Shown: positions 60,901 to 64,000 of the stretch, in pieces
How the letters are laid out: every line of letters begins with the position of its first letter
Position numbering within the stretch: position 1 is the stretch's first letter
DNA from: a virus
Taxonomy: Duplodnaviria; Caudoviricetes
Reading direction: 5' to 3' (one strand)
Length of the DNA: 64,000 nt
IMG/VR virus record: IMGVR_UViG_3300031992_000022
Coordinates: 1 to 64,000 of that record
Notes under the pieces: generated by a model
Databases searched by the model: none
Seen by the model: only the letters and a program-made list of their open reading frames with translations
Told to the model about the DNA's origin: nothing
Program-made: the position numbers and the translations under genes

Positions 60901-62422
60901 CTAAAGCATTTTCATAATCTACTTGCGTAGCACCAATTGCTTGCTCTGCAGCTTTAATAGATTCAATTAATTGATCAATTTTAGTTTGTTCATCTGGAAT
61001 CTTTTTATTTTCTTTACTGCCTTTTGCTAATATATTATATGCTCGTTGTAACGTTCCTAAGTATTCTCTATGTTCAATATATTCAGTTACCATTTTCTGC
61101 CGGTCTTTATAATCTTGTGTTCTTGTCATATCTTCAGCTTTCATATATTGTTCTTCATTATTTTGTAACTGCTTTTCATAATTTTTATTATCGTGAGTTA
61201 ATCGATTAATATTGTTATTTAAACTAATCTGTTCCTCATTTAAATTTTTAATTCTCTTTCGACCATTTTGTAAAGTATCAATATATACTTTTATTTTATA
61301 TATTTCTGGCATCTGTTCTTTAATATCATTCCAAGGCCAATTTTTACTATTGCTTTTATCTATATGCGGTAATAGATCTATAGTTTTATTAATTAGTCGC
61401 TTAGTTAAATCCTTTAATTCTTGATTATACTCAATTGCATCAATATAATCGTATAAATCAAAGCCATCTTCATCTTGATAAATATTTTTAGAATCCTGTT
61501 TTACAATTGCATCTGCTATCAAATATTGTTGCCGTGCTATTGGTAAATCAATATTTTCCAATCTACTTTTTTTATCTTTAATATTTTCATAATCTTGCGT
61601 TTGATTTGATGCTGTATCTTCCATAGTTCTAAGAAAATCTTCCATCTCAGTTATTCGATCAGTTATACTATTATATAAGTTTTCGTATTTTGATTTTTTT
61701 ATACCGACATTATATAAATCAAGTAACGCAATATTATCATTTATTACTTGATTATAATAATCACGATAAGTATATGTTTCTCCAGTTTCATCTTGCTGCG
61801 GCGCATCTAAATCTTTATCTGCACTGTCACACTTCTTACTTAATTGTTGTATTTCATTATCATTATCAGCAATTTGCTGTCTAGATTGTTCTATATCACT
61901 TTGATTATCATTTATTGTTTTTTGTAAATAATCATTATAACGTATAATTGAATTTATTTTTTCTAAATATGCTTGATAACGTTCAAAGGTATCTTTATTT
62001 TCTTTAAGATATTTTTCTATTCTTTCAATTTCACTTTTAGCATTTTGATCATTAAATGTATTGCGTTCAACTCGCGAACGCAATACATATGGAAATAATG
62101 GATTTTCAATTAATTCATTAACTATATCATCCATAGGCTTATGCGATTGTTGAATTACACGATCATATTTATTAAATGATGTACTACGAGTATCAGGTAA
62201 ATTATAATCTGTAGTATCTTCTTCTTTTGCAGCTTGATTTAATAAATTTTCAAAATCTTCAATAAATTTATTATCTTCATCTGATAAAGTTTCAAAATTA
62301 TCTCGCAATTGTAAAAGTTTCTTATATCGGGGATATTTTTCATGAATTTGCTGATCAATATTATTTTTTGCTGCTAATTTACGGAATTTTAATATAGTAT
62401 TCATAATTTTATTAAAACCCAT
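57992..62422 (-). CDS. Large coiled-coil-rich hypothetical protein (1476 aa)
   Basis: Long ORF with extensive heptad regions; no enzyme motif recognised. Confidence 0.75.
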   Translation of the reverse strand: MGFNKIMNTILKFRKLAAKNNIDQQIHEKYPRYKKLLQLRDNFETLSDEDNKFIEDFENLLNQAAKEEDTTDYNLPDTRSTSFNKYDRVIQQSHKPMDDIVNELIENPLFPYVLRSRVERNTFNDQNAKSEIERIEKYLKENKDTFERYQAYLEKINSIIRYNDYLQKTINDNQSDIEQSRQQIADNDNEIQQLSKKCDSADKDLDAPQQDETGETYTYRDYYNQVINDNIALLDLYNVGIKKSKYENLYNSITDRITEMEDFLRTMEDTASNQTQDYENIKDKKSRLENIDLPIARQQYLIADAIVKQDSKNIYQDEDGFDLYDYIDAIEYNQELKDLTKRLINKTIDLLPHIDKSNSKNWPWNDIKEQMPEIYKIKVYIDTLQNGRKRIKNLNEEQISLNNNINRLTHDNKNYEKQLQNNEEQYMKAEDMTRTQDYKDRQKMVTEYIEHREYLGTLQRAYNILAKGSKENKKIPDEQTKIDQLIESIKAAEQAIGATQVDYENALAVNSGSRTIKENLIIQNYEKAQKELDRNRMKLHNLQRTNTEKLDAVNAAKIDYKKIADKIIQRLTSKQSLLGILLTQSINKFVSYYLANNNYQAPDLSAKMRLLHYYMADGAPDKNVRLQDLKDFQDSDKNLELLQAITSVLMKESKDNIMAIFISILKNDFNEIYKSYNLSTVDNTKLFIVNQDTQERMGPYTSSEIKAELLLDKNPNIDDVITRVVKGKEQKFKIIEDKLTGDQIYNLLKNDDQQEIKKIFDKVKIEIQEYIRNELQYKSFEICNNPGNNFYSVMLAQAIQDDIADSININTLEQFLTSTKSNKNNIKTLNKAYFSQTVDKFIDEVIKQLCKNFNTDNEYYMFVQFLQLYNVQNDDMNKSKEESNTDYYERLKKTYGKSFNIFKAELESIIKKHISLCKKELQIRDSEKYKMLTSQDMSEKMQEHFDILNGYIDENGKQVFGLISQIHTLEHKLQECETELYSTLVRTVQDKFSTIDNTMIKKLFDNLIIKLIRGNDNIDEYINNQLATINYKTPTKTRQLSTDIQRQKESTINILKALQTTDLSRRIKEYRQQYQEYKELLKSKKHEEGYIASEAKEQKMQAEQNSLLIELQALYTKLYGAKYNPLAQLLKKEQLRVRSENNEELTDAQQQLLYHLNDPDVTRRYMQSFDMKKFINMLSTEKNIQGAGLYGQLVAYDRKKEETLKKIEENLNKIAKLNVEKANYEQTNNQEEINRVEKAINDLEKLNKDNSALIKGYEEDRKNLFNNTIQPIQKRIEMLEKTSSKLITTINTYDDAEGIGDLNSNKLNDRERYLVSLYTTLVDIQAHNDSAAKIQQDINEQEQNQRAHMQPIDSIFELTNNSKSKTKYEQRRANEENDENMNDELSFNNREGDYQHSFMHLDNPEQDNFGSENNQDYDKIMKLYWENPEQLGDLLFDIDKSDAKKWMDKYIKNPASIRNPAYRPSKETVDAYLQEQ

Positions 62423-62548
62423 ATTTATATTTCACTTCCTACTATTATTATATATATAAACTTTAAAAAATATTGTTTTTTATATAAGAATATTTTTGTA
62501 TTTCTTTAAAAAAATAGTATTTATAAAGGAGGCTTATATTATAATATA

Positions 62549-64000
62549 ATGAAATTTATAAATAAATACAATAATAATAATTTTAATAATAAATTAGCGT
62601 CCTTAATTAATTTTGATAATAATATAAATAAAAATATTACTGCTATATCTCGACCACGAAGGCCTATTAAAGTACCTTCTAATATACCTTCTGATGACAA
62701 AGAATCAAAGCCCGCTTTTCAAAATGATATAGAAGAGCAAAAGCCCATGTTAATTAACAAACCTAGTATAATTGAAGAGCCTAATGTAATTAATGAACCT
62801 AGTATAATTGAAGAGCCTAATGTAATTGAAGAACCAGCTAAAAATAAATTACAAGATCAGCCAATGTCTAAATCCGATTTAGATAAAATTCAACCTAATC
62901 CTAATTCATCTTCTATAATTAATCCTTCTACAACAAATATGCCTATAACAAATCCACCAACAAATAATCAGCATACAAATAATTCATCTACAAATAATCA
63001 ATTACCGAAAATAAAACCCAGCTTCAGACAACGATTAAAAAGCTTGCATAAGCAAGATTCGCAATTAGACCAAGCAATTCCTAATATACAAAATACATCT
63101 AATACAGACAATGCCTCTAAGCCTAATGACTTTAATTTTAATGAACCCACTACATTAAATTTAAATAATAATACTCTTAATAAATCTAATACTGATATTC
63201 CAAATACAAATAAATCTATCGACGATAAATCAAGTACTGATGAATCTAAGTTAAAGACAAATGCTATTGACCCATTTAATTTTACTGAACCTAATATTAT
63301 AGAAACTGAAATAAAAAATGATGCAAATAACAATAATGACAATGATAATAATAATAATGATAAAGAAATAAAAGTTAAATTGACCGAACAAGAAACACAT
63401 GGATTAGCTGAATTATTTGAAGAATCTCGTAAATCTGACAAACAAACAGATCAGATTATACAATCTTTTGATACAATACTTAATAATTCAGATAATAATA
63501 ATTCAGATAATAATAATGCTAATAATAATGCTGATAATAATACTAACAATATACAACAACAGATAGCAGATACTCAAAAAAATTTATATAGTATAACAGA
63601 TGCATTACAAAAAATTACACAAAAACCAGAAGAATATATCATTCCTATAAATGATATACTTAATAATATAATATCAGAAGAAGAATCTTCAAATGACGTA
63701 TTAATTAAAGCAAATGAAGAAATAGATAAAATTGATAATGAAAAGCTTGACATGCAAGATGAGCAATCTCCTGCTTCAGTATTATTAGATAAAGGCATTG
63801 GAGCTATAACAACAGATAAAGATCAACAGATATTAACTGATTTACAAGGAGAAATACAAATTCCAGATACTCGTGATGAAATTAATAACACTATTAAACA
63901 TACAGATATTACTCAAGTAGTAGAAACCACTATTAATAATATACAAGATATAAATTTAGTACCAGAAACAATAGATGAAGCTGAACAAAATGAATCTGGA
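62549..64000 (+). CDS. Low-complexity N/D/E/P-rich protein running off the window end
   Basis: The frame appears open from the ATG at 62549 to 64000 (spot-checked); EPSIIEEPNVI repeats; AAGGAGG upstream. Confidence 0.7.
   Translation, partial: MKFINKYNNNNFNNKLASLINFDNNINKNITAISRPRRPIKVPSNIPSDDKESKPAFQNDIEEQKPMLINKPSIIEEPNVINEPSIIEEPNVIEEPAKNKLQDQPMSKSDLDKIQPNPNSSSIINPSTTNMPITNPPTNNQHTNNSSTNNQLPKIKPSFRQRLKSLHKQDSQLDQAIPNIQNTSNTDNASKPNDFNFNEPTTLNLNNNTLNKSNTDIPNTNKSIDDKSSTDESKLKTNAIDPFNFTEPNIIETEIKNDANNNNDNDNNNNDKEIKVKLTEQETHGLAELFEESRKSDKQTDQIIQSFDTILNNSDNNNSDNNNANNNADNNTNNIQQQIADTQKNLYSITDALQKITQKPEEYIIPINDILNNIISEEESSNDVLIKANEEIDKIDNEKLDMQDEQSPASVLLDKGIGAITTDKDQQILTDLQGEIQIPDTRDEINNTIKHTDITQVVETTINNIQDINLVPETIDEAEQNESG

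Noticed and set aside
1-64000. tRNA, rRNA, CRISPR-Cas, inteins
   Set aside because: No cloverleaf, rRNA-like, repeat-spacer or intein terminal motifs were recognised by eye; dedicated scans would be needed to exclude them.

Overview
Very AT-rich segment of a large (jumbo-type) myophage genome in standard genetic code 11. The host is probably an anaerobic Firmicute/Negativicute; this is an inference from the NrdD style and SD usage. 1-19.5 kb (+): 3' end of tnpB, then a contractile-tail baseplate module (LysM/hub, spike, gp25-like wedge, baseplate J, giant repeat protein, LamG protein). 19.5-62.4 kb, mostly (-): hypotheticals, a gp32-like SSB, class III RNR (nrdD, nrdG), a dUTPase/dCTPase, an HD-GYP-like protein, a NucS-like nuclease, a NUDIX fusion, a primase core and two lysins. 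The dominant hidden feature is introns. By hand I can delimit 10 group I introns; each has a P1 with a U.G pair at the 5' splice site, a paired P7 and a terminal G, and the 9 in coding sequence restore the reading frame. There is also 1 group II intron. Six group I introns are in nrdD (including a 24-nt exon), and one sits right after the radical glycine of a separately encoded glycyl-radical subunit. One is in the dUTPase gene and one in the HD-GYP-like gene. Most strikingly, a 156-nt mini-intron lies between the Shine-Dalgarno sequence and the start codon of the baseplate spike gene. Several introns have non-canonical but covarying P7 helices, and the intron-encoded LAGLIDADG and RT proteins lack their catalytic residues. 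All structures and protein calls come from reading the sequence by eye; no database search or folding software was run.
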